From: Chitinophaga pinensis | GTDB lineage: Bacteria; Bacteroidota; Bacteroidia; Chitinophagales; CAIOSU01 | Assembly: GCA_945901065.1 (NCBI GenBank) | Contig: CAMDKI010000011.1 | Coordinates: 16,149 to 80,148 of the forward strand | DNA length: 64,000 nt | Reading direction: 5' to 3' | Shown here: in pieces, positions 9,496-16,758 of the stretch | Layout: each line of letters opens with the position of its first letter | Numbering within the stretch: the first letter of the stretch is position 1 | Notes under the pieces: generated by a model | Told to the model about the DNA's origin: nothing | Databases searched by the model: none | The model's input: only the letters and a program-made list of their open reading frames with translations | Made by a program: the position numbers and the translations under genes

Positions 9496-10136
9496 AATCG
9501 TAGTTGTATTCTTAAGCCTGTAAATCCGTTGTTGGTGCCCATATTGGGCTGCCAAACGGGTTCAATGCGCATGCTTAGGTCGTCGCTCACATCAAAATCA
9601 AACAGATGCGCATCAACGGTGGCATCTATAACATTGAGGAGGTACATTACGCCCGTAAAAATAATAAACATGTCGCGGTTGCGCTTATAATAGTTTTTAA
9701 GCTCCCGCAATTGCGACTCGGAGTAGGTTCGACCATCCAACTCGTAAGTGCTTATTGCTGGATCATTGACTACAATTCGAAACGCATCGCTATAGGTGCG
9801 CCAGTTTCGGTGATTTAGTCCCACCCCTACACCCAAGCCGCCAAGCCCGGCATACACAATGGGTATTTTCCAATATTTGCGATTGTAGGCTTGCCCTAAG
9901 CCTGGCAACAGGGCCGAAAAAATGGCCGCCTTCCGGGGGGAATGGCGGCCTTTGTAAGATATTTTTTTGGTCGAGGCGGTATCAATTACCTCTACCGTAT
10001 CGCGGGTGGTCTCTATTTGCGCCTGTATGGTGTTGGGCAGTAGCCAAAGCAATAGCATTAACAACGAGACAAAAGGAATTGCACCATGTTGGTTTATAGC
10101 CCAAGTTTGCAATGTTTTACTCGCCCCATGCGACAC
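9492..10136 (-). CDS. DUF5683-like membrane/secreted protein
   Basis: It contains SALLPGLGQAYNRKYWKIPIVYAGLGG and sits between parB and dapB. The start is uncertain. The ORF track ATG at 10214 overlaps parB and reads through a CCTCC hairpin repeat. GTG at 10136 or ATG at 10058 would give a signal-peptide-like N-terminus. Confidence 0.65.
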   Translation of the reverse strand: MSHGASKTLQTWAINQHGAIPFVSLLMLLLWLLPNTIQAQIETTRDTVEVIDTASTKKISYKGRHSPRKAAIFSALLPGLGQAYNRKYWKIPIVYAGLGGLGVGVGLNHRNWRTYSDAFRIVVNDPAISTYELDGRTYSESQLRELKNYYKRNRDMFIIFTGVMYLLNVIDATVDAHLFDFDVSDDLSMRIEPVWQPNMGTNNGFTGLRIQLRL

Positions 10137-10165
10137 CTCCCTAACCCTCCTTATTAGGAGGGAAG
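10134..10165. repeat. CCTCC/GGAGG hairpin repeat (REP-like family), copy 1
   Basis: ACCTCCCTAACCCTCCT-TATT-AGGAGGGAAG. A 7-bp stem joins 10145-10151 and 10156-10162, just downstream of the parB stop. Confidence 0.75.
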
Positions 10166-10194
10166 TATTTAGTTGGAAAAGTAATTTGCGCTGC

Positions 10195-11091
10195 TTATAC
10201 ATTAAATACATCAAGGATGCGGTCCAAATCGTCGTCGGAGTAGTAAGCGATGGTTATTTCACCTTTGCCTCCTTTACGGGCCTTCACTTCTACTTTAGTG
10301 CTTAGTAACGTACTTAGCTTGTCCTGTATTTTGCGATAAGCCAGCGGCTGCAATTCTTTAGTACTTTTTAACTTTTTGCCGCTGGTGCTACTCTGCTGTT
10401 TTTTCGCCAACTCCTCCACCTGGCGCACCGATAGGCCTTTCTTTACTACTTCTTGGTATATGGCTAATTGTATTTCGGGCTGCTCAATGGCAATCAAGGC
10501 ACGGGCGTGGCCCATGGTCACATCGCGGTTTTTAATACCGTTCTGTATTTCGGGTGGCAAGCGCAATAAGCGTAAGTAGTTGGTAACGGTGGTACGGTTC
10601 TTGCCCAAGCGCTTACTCAGGTCTTCTTGCGTAAGGCTGCACTCATCCATCAAACGCTTATAGTTAATCGATATTTCGATGGCGTTCAGGTCTTCGCGCT
10701 GGATGTTCTCAATCAACGCTATTTCTAGCATCTCTTGGTCGTCGGCTTTGCGCAGGTACACAGGTACCTCCGTCAATCCGGCCATTTTACTGGCACGCAG
10801 GCGGCGCTCACCGCTTATCAATTGAAACTTGTTGTTGCCCAACGAGCGAACCGTAATTGGTTGGATAACGCCATGGTTACGGATGCTTTCGGCTAGGTCT
10901 TCCAAGGCTGCTTGGTCAAAATCGGCACGTGGCTGAAAAGGGTTCACCTCAATCTGCCCTAGCGGAATGCTGGTATTGTTTACTTTATTGCGCAACTCAG
11001 CGGCTACTTCTGGGTTGGCCTTCATGTCATCATTAATGCCACCCAGCAAGGCACGGATGCCTTTTCCTAAATCTTCTTTCTTTGCGCTCAT
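10195..11091 (-). CDS. parB: Chromosome partitioning protein ParB/Spo0J
   Basis: 298 aa. It has the ParB box QPITVR...LISGERRLRASKMAGL and an HTH (LTQEDLSKRLGKNRTTVTNYLRLLRL). A 4-nt overlap links it to parA. Confidence 0.9.
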   Translation of the reverse strand: MSAKKEDLGKGIRALLGGINDDMKANPEVAAELRNKVNNTSIPLGQIEVNPFQPRADFDQAALEDLAESIRNHGVIQPITVRSLGNNKFQLISGERRLRASKMAGLTEVPVYLRKADDQEMLEIALIENIQREDLNAIEISINYKRLMDECSLTQEDLSKRLGKNRTTVTNYLRLLRLPPEIQNGIKNRDVTMGHARALIAIEQPEIQLAIYQEVVKKGLSVRQVEELAKKQQSSTSGKKLKSTKELQPLAYRKIQDKLSTLLSTKVEVKARKGGKGEITIAYYSDDDLDRILDVFNV

Positions 11092-11897
11092 TCCTCGAAG
11101 TCCAAAATTTTATCAGCACTCTTCACCCAAGTATTGTCGTGCTTTTGCACCATCTCTCGGGCAAGGTTCATATAGTTAATACTACCCGAGCTATCGGCAT
11201 CGTACAAAATGGCAGGCTTGCCAGCACTTGGTGCCTCACCTAACTTGGTGTTGCGGTGTATTATGGTTTCGTACACCAGCTCATCGAAGTGGCGTTTTAC
11301 CTCGGTGGCTACTTGGTTGCTCAGGCGCAGACGGGTATCGTACATGGTTAGCAAAATGCCATCAATGTCCAAATCGTTGTTCAATCGGTTTTGTACAATT
11401 TTGATGGTATTGAGCAACTTGCCCAAGCCCTCCAAGGCAAAGTACTCACACTGCACTGGCACCAATACGGCATCGGCAGCGGTAAGGGCATTAACGGTAA
11501 CCAAACCCAACGACGGCGAACAATCGACAATCAAATAATCGTAGTCGTCCTTAATCTCCTCAAACACCCCTTTCATAATGCGTTCGCGGTTGGGGTGGTT
11601 AATAAGCTCAATCTCGGCACCCACCAAATCCAAATGCGACGGCATCAGCCACAGGTTCGGCACCTCGGTTTCCAGAATCAAATCCTTAGCGCGGGTTTCG
11701 TTTACTAGGCAATCGTACAAGCTCGCCCTTACGTTCTTAGGGTCGATGCCCACACCAGAAGTAGAGTTGGCCTGCGGGTCGGCATCAATCAGCAGTGTTT
11801 TGTATTCTAGTACAGCAAGGCTGGCAGCCAAGTTAATGGCCGTTGTGGTTTTGCCTACCCCACCCTTCTGGTTCGCTATCGCAATAATCTTACCCAT
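11088..11897 (-). CDS. parA: ParA/Soj chromosome partitioning ATPase
   Basis: MGKIIAIANQKGGVGKTT (deviant Walker A) starts at the ATG at 11897. The ORF-track start at 11927 is a TTG extension. Confidence 0.9.
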   Translation of the reverse strand: MGKIIAIANQKGGVGKTTTAINLAASLAVLEYKTLLIDADPQANSTSGVGIDPKNVRASLYDCLVNETRAKDLILETEVPNLWLMPSHLDLVGAEIELINHPNRERIMKGVFEEIKDDYDYLIVDCSPSLGLVTVNALTAADAVLVPVQCEYFALEGLGKLLNTIKIVQNRLNNDLDIDGILLTMYDTRLRLSNQVATEVKRHFDELVYETIIHRNTKLGEAPSAGKPAILYDADSSGSINYMNLAREMVQKHDNTWVKSADKILDFEE

Positions 11898-12105
11898 CCT
11901 AAAACCCGTGTTTTTACTTGTTTTCAACGGTGCATACCGTTGTTTTGAAGTGGATGTAAAGATACGATAATTAAAGGAATAGCGCGCCCGAAAACCGCAA
12001 TTTTATGAACACGATATACACAAAATGGACACTATTTTTGGGGATAATGGGTGGGTAAAAATGGATTGGGTTGGTGGTGAAGGGGGTAGGTTTTTACGGA
12101 TGCCT

Positions 12106-12233
12106 GTTCGGATTTGCAATCCGAACTATGGAGCTACGGATTTGTAATCCGTTATACTACGGGTATGTTATGTTCTTGGTGTTTCGGCGGATTGAAAATC
12201 CACGGCTCGGTTGCAACGGATTATAAATCCGTC
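12106..12233. repeat. Cluster of four small hairpins sharing the stem CGGATT/AATCCG
   Basis: GTTCGGATT-TGC-AATCCGAAC (12106-12126, 9-bp stem), ACGGATT-TGT-AATCCGT (12136-12152), GGATT-GAA-AATCC (12189-12201) and ACGGATT-ATA-AATCCGT (12217-12233). Confidence 0.85.
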
Positions 12234-12238
12234 GCGGC

Positions 12239-12247
12239 GGGGGGGGG
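12239..12247. repeat. Homopolymeric G9 tract
   Basis: Nine consecutive G directly after the fourth CGGATT hairpin. It is intergenic. Confidence 0.9.
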
Positions 12248-12478
12248 TAATGGAAATTAGCGGTAGTATTTGGGATGCACTGCACTAGTGGTCGGTGCAT
12301 CCTTAAATCTTCACAAACACAATAAATTGAAAATCAATAAGTTACAAAATAAAAAGCGAACAACTCACACATAATCAATCACTTACATTTTAATAGGCAA
12401 ACACGCTCAAACTCGCGCCAATAAACGATTCGTGGACGACAAAACTCGATTAATTCAGGTTCAGCACTTCACCGGTGC

Positions 12479-12537
12479 AACCACCCCCAACCCCTCCTTT
12501 TTCTAGGCTGCACAGGCTTGGCGAAGGAGGGGAGCTG
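12479..12537. repeat. CCTCC/GGAGG hairpin repeat, copy 2 (forward)
   Basis: AACCACCCCCAACCCCTCCTTT - 23-nt loop - AAGGAGGGGAGCTG. Confidence 0.8.
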
Positions 12538-12640
12538 TCAAGGGCACAGCCTTAACTAACTTCATCAGGACCTTAAAATCCTATACTTTAACATCGAAAA
12601 TAGTAATTTGCAATAGTGCCCCTATATGTCATAAAGTTGC

Positions 12641-12719
12641 CAGCTCCCCTCCCTGCCTACGGCAGGCAGGCTTCGAATGGCCTTTTTGCGCGCTGCGAAA
12701 GGAGGGGTTGGGGGTGGTT
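12641..12719. repeat. CCTCC/GGAGG hairpin repeat, copy 3 (reverse orientation)
   Basis: CAGCTCCCCTCC ... AAAGGAGGGGTTGGGGGTGGTT. Its 22-nt end is the exact reverse complement of 12479-12500. It has an inner CCTGCC-TAC-GGCAGG hairpin. Confidence 0.8.
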
Positions 12720-12793
12720 AAACGCAACACAACCCCCGTCAAACCTCACTTCTTGGACGACAAAACTATGCATTAAGAGAAACACCTTTTCCA

Positions 12794-12801
12794 TAATTTT
12801 G
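12794..12801 (+). promoter_or_regulatory. Candidate Bacteroidota -7 promoter box (TAATTTTG) for the TA operon
   Basis: An exact match to TAnnTTTG lies 32 nt upstream of the ATG at 12833. No clear -33 TTTG was seen. It overlaps an inverted copy of the ACGACAAAA motif. Confidence 0.3.
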
Positions 12802-12832
12802 TCGTTAAATGATAGAATCATTAACTTAGAGT

Positions 12833-13084
12833 ATGGCTCATATCAAAATAGCAGAAACCAAGGAACATATCCATCAATTGATTGATCAATTGAACGATCC
12901 TGATTTGCTTGACCTGTATTTAAAACTGCTGTTAAAACATGTCCAATTGGCAACGTTTGAACCCACTGCAGATGAAATTCAAGCTATTGAAGAAGGCTTA
13001 GACTCCATCAAAAAACACGGCACGGTTTCGCATGAAGATGCTGTGGCTAGGTTGCGCAGTAAGTATCCTAATTTGATACTGTAA
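12833..13084 (+). CDS. Putative antitoxin of a type II TA pair
   Basis: 83 aa, acidic and helical. Its stop TAA overlaps the toxin ATG (TAATG at 13082-13086). I recognise no domain; the call rests on pairing with the ParE/RelE-like ORF. Confidence 0.6.
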   Translation: MAHIKIAETKEHIHQLIDQLNDPDLLDLYLKLLLKHVQLATFEPTADEIQAIEEGLDSIKKHGTVSHEDAVARLRSKYPNLIL

Positions 13085-13377
13085 TGAAAGCAATTCGATG
13101 GTCAGAACAGGCTATTGAAGATTACGACCGTAATCTGGAGTACCTCCAAATTGAGTGGACCGAACGCGAAGAAATCATCTTCAACTTAAAAGTAGCCAAA
13201 ACCCTGAGGAACATATCTACAATGCCAGAATTATACCCAGTGGCCATTATCGGTTCAACGATCGTAAGAAAAGCAGTGATAACCACACAAATCACCCTGT
13301 ACTACCTTGTTTTAGAGGACCAAATTCTGCTGGTGAGGTTCAAAAACAACTTTCAAGCACCCAATAGCGGATTGTAA
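13084..13377 (+). CDS. ParE/RelE-family type II toxin
   Basis: 97 aa. The pattern MKAIRWSEQAIEDYDRNLEYL...ITLYYLVLEDQILLVRF matches the ParE/RelE plasmid-stabilisation toxin layout. Confidence 0.7.
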   Translation: MKAIRWSEQAIEDYDRNLEYLQIEWTEREEIIFNLKVAKTLRNISTMPELYPVAIIGSTIVRKAVITTQITLYYLVLEDQILLVRFKNNFQAPNSGL

Positions 13378-13464
13378 CTCACAAACCCACGCTACCAAAA
13401 CCCACCCTCCAAGGTTATCAACACCACACCAGTATTTCCCCCAAACTAAAACCCATACTTTCAA

Positions 13465-13472
13465 TACTTTTG
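13465..13472 (+). promoter_or_regulatory. Candidate -7 promoter box (TACTTTTG) for the FMN reductase/SBP genes
   Basis: An exact match to TAnnTTTG lies 31 nt upstream of the ATG at 13503. No clear -33 element was seen. Confidence 0.3.
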
Positions 13473-13502
13473 TAATTACAATAGTACTTCGTAAATAGAA
13501 CC

Positions 13503-14030
13503 ATGACTTACACCATCATCGCCTCAACCAACCGCCCCGGCAGCAACACGCTGAAGGTGGCAAAGCAATACCAAATACTAATGCGCGAAGCAGGCATTGA
13601 GGCCAAGCTGCTATCGCTGGAAGTACTGAATGGATTGCCCATAATTGATGCGGACATGTACGACGAGCAACCTGCCAGCCTAAAGGCCATACAGGAGGAA
13701 TACCTAAGCGCCGATAAGCTAGTAATGATAGTACCAGAATACAACGGCAGCGCTTCAGGCATAACTAAACTGTTTATTGATGCTACCGACGTGAAGCACT
13801 ACTGGAACCACAAGAAGATATGCCTAGTGGGCGTGGCCGATGGCCGTGGCGGCAACCTGCGCGGACTGGAGCACCTAAGCGGCTTGATGCTGCATATGAA
13901 AATGAACGTGTTCCATCTGCGCCAACCGTTGGCACAGATCAATAAGGAGTTGGATGAAAATGGTAGGTTTGTGAACGAGGGCACCATCAATATGCTGCGC
14001 GCCCAAATTGAAGCCTACAAAGCGTTTTAA
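13503..14030 (+). CDS. NAD(P)H-dependent FMN reductase-like oxidoreductase
   Basis: 175 aa, flavodoxin-like. The N-terminus IIASTNRPGSNTLKVA and the motif VPEYNGSASG are typical of the FMN_red family. Confidence 0.75.
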   Translation: MTYTIIASTNRPGSNTLKVAKQYQILMREAGIEAKLLSLEVLNGLPIIDADMYDEQPASLKAIQEEYLSADKLVMIVPEYNGSASGITKLFIDATDVKHYWNHKKICLVGVADGRGGNLRGLEHLSGLMLHMKMNVFHLRQPLAQINKELDENGRFVNEGTINMLRAQIEAYKAF

Positions 14031-14033
14031 ACT

Positions 14034-15701
14034 ATGACCAAAACTATATTTAACCGCAACAATACCTCAATCGTACATCGTACATCGTACATCGTACATT
14101 ACGTTGTAGTAGCGTTAATCATTGTATTGGCGACTAGTTGCGGCGGTGACGGCAAAACAACGACCAACAACACTTTCAAGTTTAACATGACCAGCGGCGT
14201 AACCTCGCTAGATCCAGCCTTTGCCCGCGACCAAAGTAATATTTGGATGGTGAATGCCATGTTCAACGGGCTATTGCAGTTTGACGAACTATTGAACCTA
14301 CAGCCGTGCCTAGCCAAAAGCTGGACTATTAGTGAAGATGCACTGACCTATACCTTCGCCCTACGAAACGATGTGTACTTTCATAATGATGAAGTATTTG
14401 GCGGCAATAAACGAAAACTAACGGCAGCCGATGTTGCATATACCTTCAACCGACTGATTGACCCTAACACTGCCTCGCCGGGTGCGTGGATATTCAATGG
14501 CCGGATAGCAGAAAACAACCCTTTTGAAGCGCTTAACGATAGTACTTTTGTAATGCGCTTAAAGGAGCCCTTTGGCCCGATGCTGAGCCTGCTGACGTTA
14601 CAATACACCTATATAGTGCCCAAAGAGGCCACCGAGAAATACGGCAAGGAGTTTAGGTTGCATCCGGTGGGCACCGGGCCTTTTATGCTGAAAATGTGGG
14701 CAGAGGGCAACCAGTTGGTAATGCAAAAGAACCCTGACTACTTTGAGCGCGAAGGCGACCAGCAACTACCTTATCTGGATAATGTGCAGGTTTATTTCAT
14801 CCAGAACAAATACTCGGAATACTTAGAGTTTAATCAAGGCGGCTTGGACTTTATAAGCAGTGTGGATGCCACCACCGTAAACGAACTATTGGCTACCGAT
14901 GGCGGCCTAAAGCCTGAGCATAACGGCAAAATGACCTTGTACAAAATACCTTACCTCAATAGCGAATACTTGGGTTTTCTGTTGGATGAAACCAGCCCCG
15001 ATGCCAATAAGGCACTGCTAAACAAGCAGGTGCGCCAAGCCATTAACTACGGTTTCAACCGCAAGGAGATGCTGCAATACCTGCGCAACAGCGTTGGGCG
15101 CCCAGCCAATGCAGGCTTTGTGCCGTATGGCTTGCCTTCGTTTGACGAAAAAGCCACCCCCGGCTATAGCTATGATGTGGCTAAGGCTAAGCAACTGCTA
15201 GCCGAAGCGGGCTACCCAGGTGGCAAAGGCTTGCCTGCCATTAAGCTGCTTACCAACCCCACTTATAAAGACATAGCCGAGTACCTGCAAAAGCAATTGG
15301 CCGAAATCGGTATCAATATTGACGTAGAGATAGTGCAGCCATCGCTGCTGCGCGACCAAATGCTGAAAAGCAAAGCCACCTTTTTCCGCGGCTCATGGAT
15401 AGCTGACTACCCAGATGCGGAGAGCTTTTTATCGGTGTTTTATGGCAATGTGCCTGCCCCGCCCAACTATACCCGTTTCCGTAATGCGGAGTTTGACAGT
15501 CTGTACACCCTTTCGCTAAAAGAAACCGACCAAACCAAACGCTTTGCACTGTACCAAGCCCTTGACCGTATTGTAATTGAGGAAGCACCCATTGTGCCGC
15601 TATACTATGACGAGGTGCTGCGCTTTGTGCGCACTGGCGTAACAGGCCTAGAGCCCAATGCCATGAACTTGTTGGATTTGAAAAGGGTAAAGGTAAAGTA
15701 A
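14034..15701 (+). CDS. ABC transporter substrate-binding lipoprotein (family 5, peptide/nickel type)
   Basis: 555 aa. Lipobox LATSC follows a long n-region, and the rest resembles SBP_bac_5 throughout (e.g. GTGPFML, NPDYF). No permease or ATPase is adjacent. The n-region is encoded by a perfect 4x heptamer repeat (14071-14098). Confidence 0.85.
   Translation: MTKTIFNRNNTSIVHRTSYIVHYVVVALIIVLATSCGGDGKTTTNNTFKFNMTSGVTSLDPAFARDQSNIWMVNAMFNGLLQFDELLNLQPCLAKSWTISEDALTYTFALRNDVYFHNDEVFGGNKRKLTAADVAYTFNRLIDPNTASPGAWIFNGRIAENNPFEALNDSTFVMRLKEPFGPMLSLLTLQYTYIVPKEATEKYGKEFRLHPVGTGPFMLKMWAEGNQLVMQKNPDYFEREGDQQLPYLDNVQVYFIQNKYSEYLEFNQGGLDFISSVDATTVNELLATDGGLKPEHNGKMTLYKIPYLNSEYLGFLLDETSPDANKALLNKQVRQAINYGFNRKEMLQYLRNSVGRPANAGFVPYGLPSFDEKATPGYSYDVAKAKQLLAEAGYPGGKGLPAIKLLTNPTYKDIAEYLQKQLAEIGINIDVEIVQPSLLRDQMLKSKATFFRGSWIADYPDAESFLSVFYGNVPAPPNYTRFRNAEFDSLYTLSLKETDQTKRFALYQALDRIVIEEAPIVPLYYDEVLRFVRTGVTGLEPNAMNLLDLKRVKVK
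14071..14098 (+). repeat. Perfect (TCGTACA)x4 heptamer repeat inside the 5' end of the SBP lipoprotein CDS
   Basis: Four identical contiguous units followed by a degenerate TTACGTT. They encode part of the signal-peptide n-region (SIVHRTSYIVHY). Confidence 0.95.
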
Positions 15702-15704
15702 ATT

Positions 15705-15746
15705 AGTTGCGGGTTGCGGGTTGCGAGTTACGGGTTACGAGTTAAT
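15705..15746. repeat. Heptamer array (GGTTGCG dialect), 6 units
   Basis: Reads AGTTGCG GGTTGCG GGTTGCG AGTTACG GGTTACG AGTTAAT and starts 3 nt after the SBP stop codon. Confidence 0.9.
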
Positions 15747-15793
15747 ATTTTCAAATAGATGATTTAATTTCGGATTCAGACGCAAACATCGCC

Positions 15794-16078
15794 ATGAGCT
15801 TAACAATTCTCCACGAACAACCCGACCATAAAGGGTCGTTTTACATTGAGCAAGATGGCAAACGTGTTGCCGAAATGACCTACGTAATGGCAGGTGAAAA
15901 GAACCTGATTATTGACCATACCGAGGTATCAGATGCGTTGCGCGGTCAAAAGGCCGGCGCACAAATCTTGGCTGAGTTAGTAGCCTATGCTCGGAAAGAA
16001 GGTATAAAAGTTCGCCCACTGTGCCCCTTTGCTAAATCGGTGTTTGACAAGACACCTGAGTACGCCGATGTGCTGTGA
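15794..16078 (+). CDS. Small GNAT-like N-acetyltransferase (YjdJ type)
   Basis: 94 aa. HTEVSDALRGQKAGAQILAELVAYARKEGIKVRPLCPFAK resembles the minimal GNAT-like domain. Confidence 0.7.
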   Translation: MSLTILHEQPDHKGSFYIEQDGKRVAEMTYVMAGEKNLIIDHTEVSDALRGQKAGAQILAELVAYARKEGIKVRPLCPFAKSVFDKTPEYADVL

Positions 16079-16099
16079 AACTTAATTGCAAAATATGTA

Positions 16100-16140
16100 A
16101 GCTCCTCCCCATTTTTCAGGGGGAGGTTGGGAGGGGGTAA
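16100..16140. repeat. CCTCC/GGAGG hairpin repeat, copy 4
   Basis: AGCTCCTCCCC-ATTTTTCAG-GGGGAGGTTGGGAGGGGGTAA, between the convergent GNAT and AhpD-like genes. Confidence 0.8.
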
Positions 16141-16239
16141 TGTTCGAGCAGAAAACCCCAAACCACCTAATTCGCCACAACGAACAATATCACCAAAAGG
16201 TCGAATCTGATTTCGCAACAACCGCTTTCGTTGAGGTTT

Positions 16240-16758
16240 TTACCCTTTCTTAAACGCCCCCAAGTAATCATCCAACTCCACCTGCAGCACATTATTGAAT
16301 AGATTGGTGGCTACCATGATACCTGCAAAGCCAATCAAGTTTACTACAAAAGCTTCGCCATACTTATCCTTAAAAGGCACTATCATTTCGGCGGGCACTT
16401 GGTTGTAGTTGGTGGCAATTTGTTGGCCCAATAATACCAAGGCTTGTTGCTCCTCGGATAGCACCAGTTCATCTGGGTTTTCGCACCACTCCATCAATAT
16501 CTTCCGGAAGAAGGTTGAACAAATCAGGCAATCGGTTTCGTTACTAATGGCATGTGCAAAAAGTATCACCGACCGCTCCCCAATTACTTTAGCTACTTCA
16601 TCTTTCAAAGGATACCAGCTCATGTAGCTGCCCAAGGTGGCTGGGCTGTGCGCCATGGTTCGTTTCATGTTGGTCATGCGGCTGTGGGTGGCCACTTGCT
16701 CGTCCCATAATACTTTGGCGGCGGCTGGTGCCTCATCGTATGATGATTGCGAAATCAT
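16240..16758 (-). CDS. AhpD/carboxymuconolactone decarboxylase-like protein
   Basis: The ATG at 16758 forms an ATGA overlap with the upstream stop (16755). It is all-helical with a CLIC (CxxC) motif in ISNETDCLICSTFF. The ORF-track start at 16806 is probably an over-extension. Confidence 0.6.
   Translation of the reverse strand: MISQSSYDEAPAAAKVLWDEQVATHSRMTNMKRTMAHSPATLGSYMSWYPLKDEVAKVIGERSVILFAHAISNETDCLICSTFFRKILMEWCENPDELVLSEEQQALVLLGQQIATNYNQVPAEMIVPFKDKYGEAFVVNLIGFAGIMVATNLFNNVLQVELDDYLGAFKKG

Noticed and set aside
12106-12233. Anticodon-arm-like hairpins (loops TTGCAAT, TTGTAAT) as possible tRNA genes or pseudogenes.
   Set aside because: There is no acceptor stem, D-arm or T-arm (no GTTCRANNC motif) around any of them, and the hairpins are too closely spaced for tRNAs.
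11928-12832. The large parA-proximal spacer as oriC or a parS site.
   Set aside because: I found only weak DnaA-box resemblance (e.g. TGGGGATAA, 8 of 9 positions, once) and no TGTTNCACGTGAAACA-like parS palindrome by eye. A proper motif scan would be needed to be sure.
12616-12885. An 89-aa ORF spanning the CCTCC repeat and overlapping the antitoxin start.
   Set aside because: Its sequence (…PAPLPAYGRQASNGLFARCERRGWGWLN…) is a read-through of the REP-like inverted repeat. It conflicts with the better-supported TA pair.
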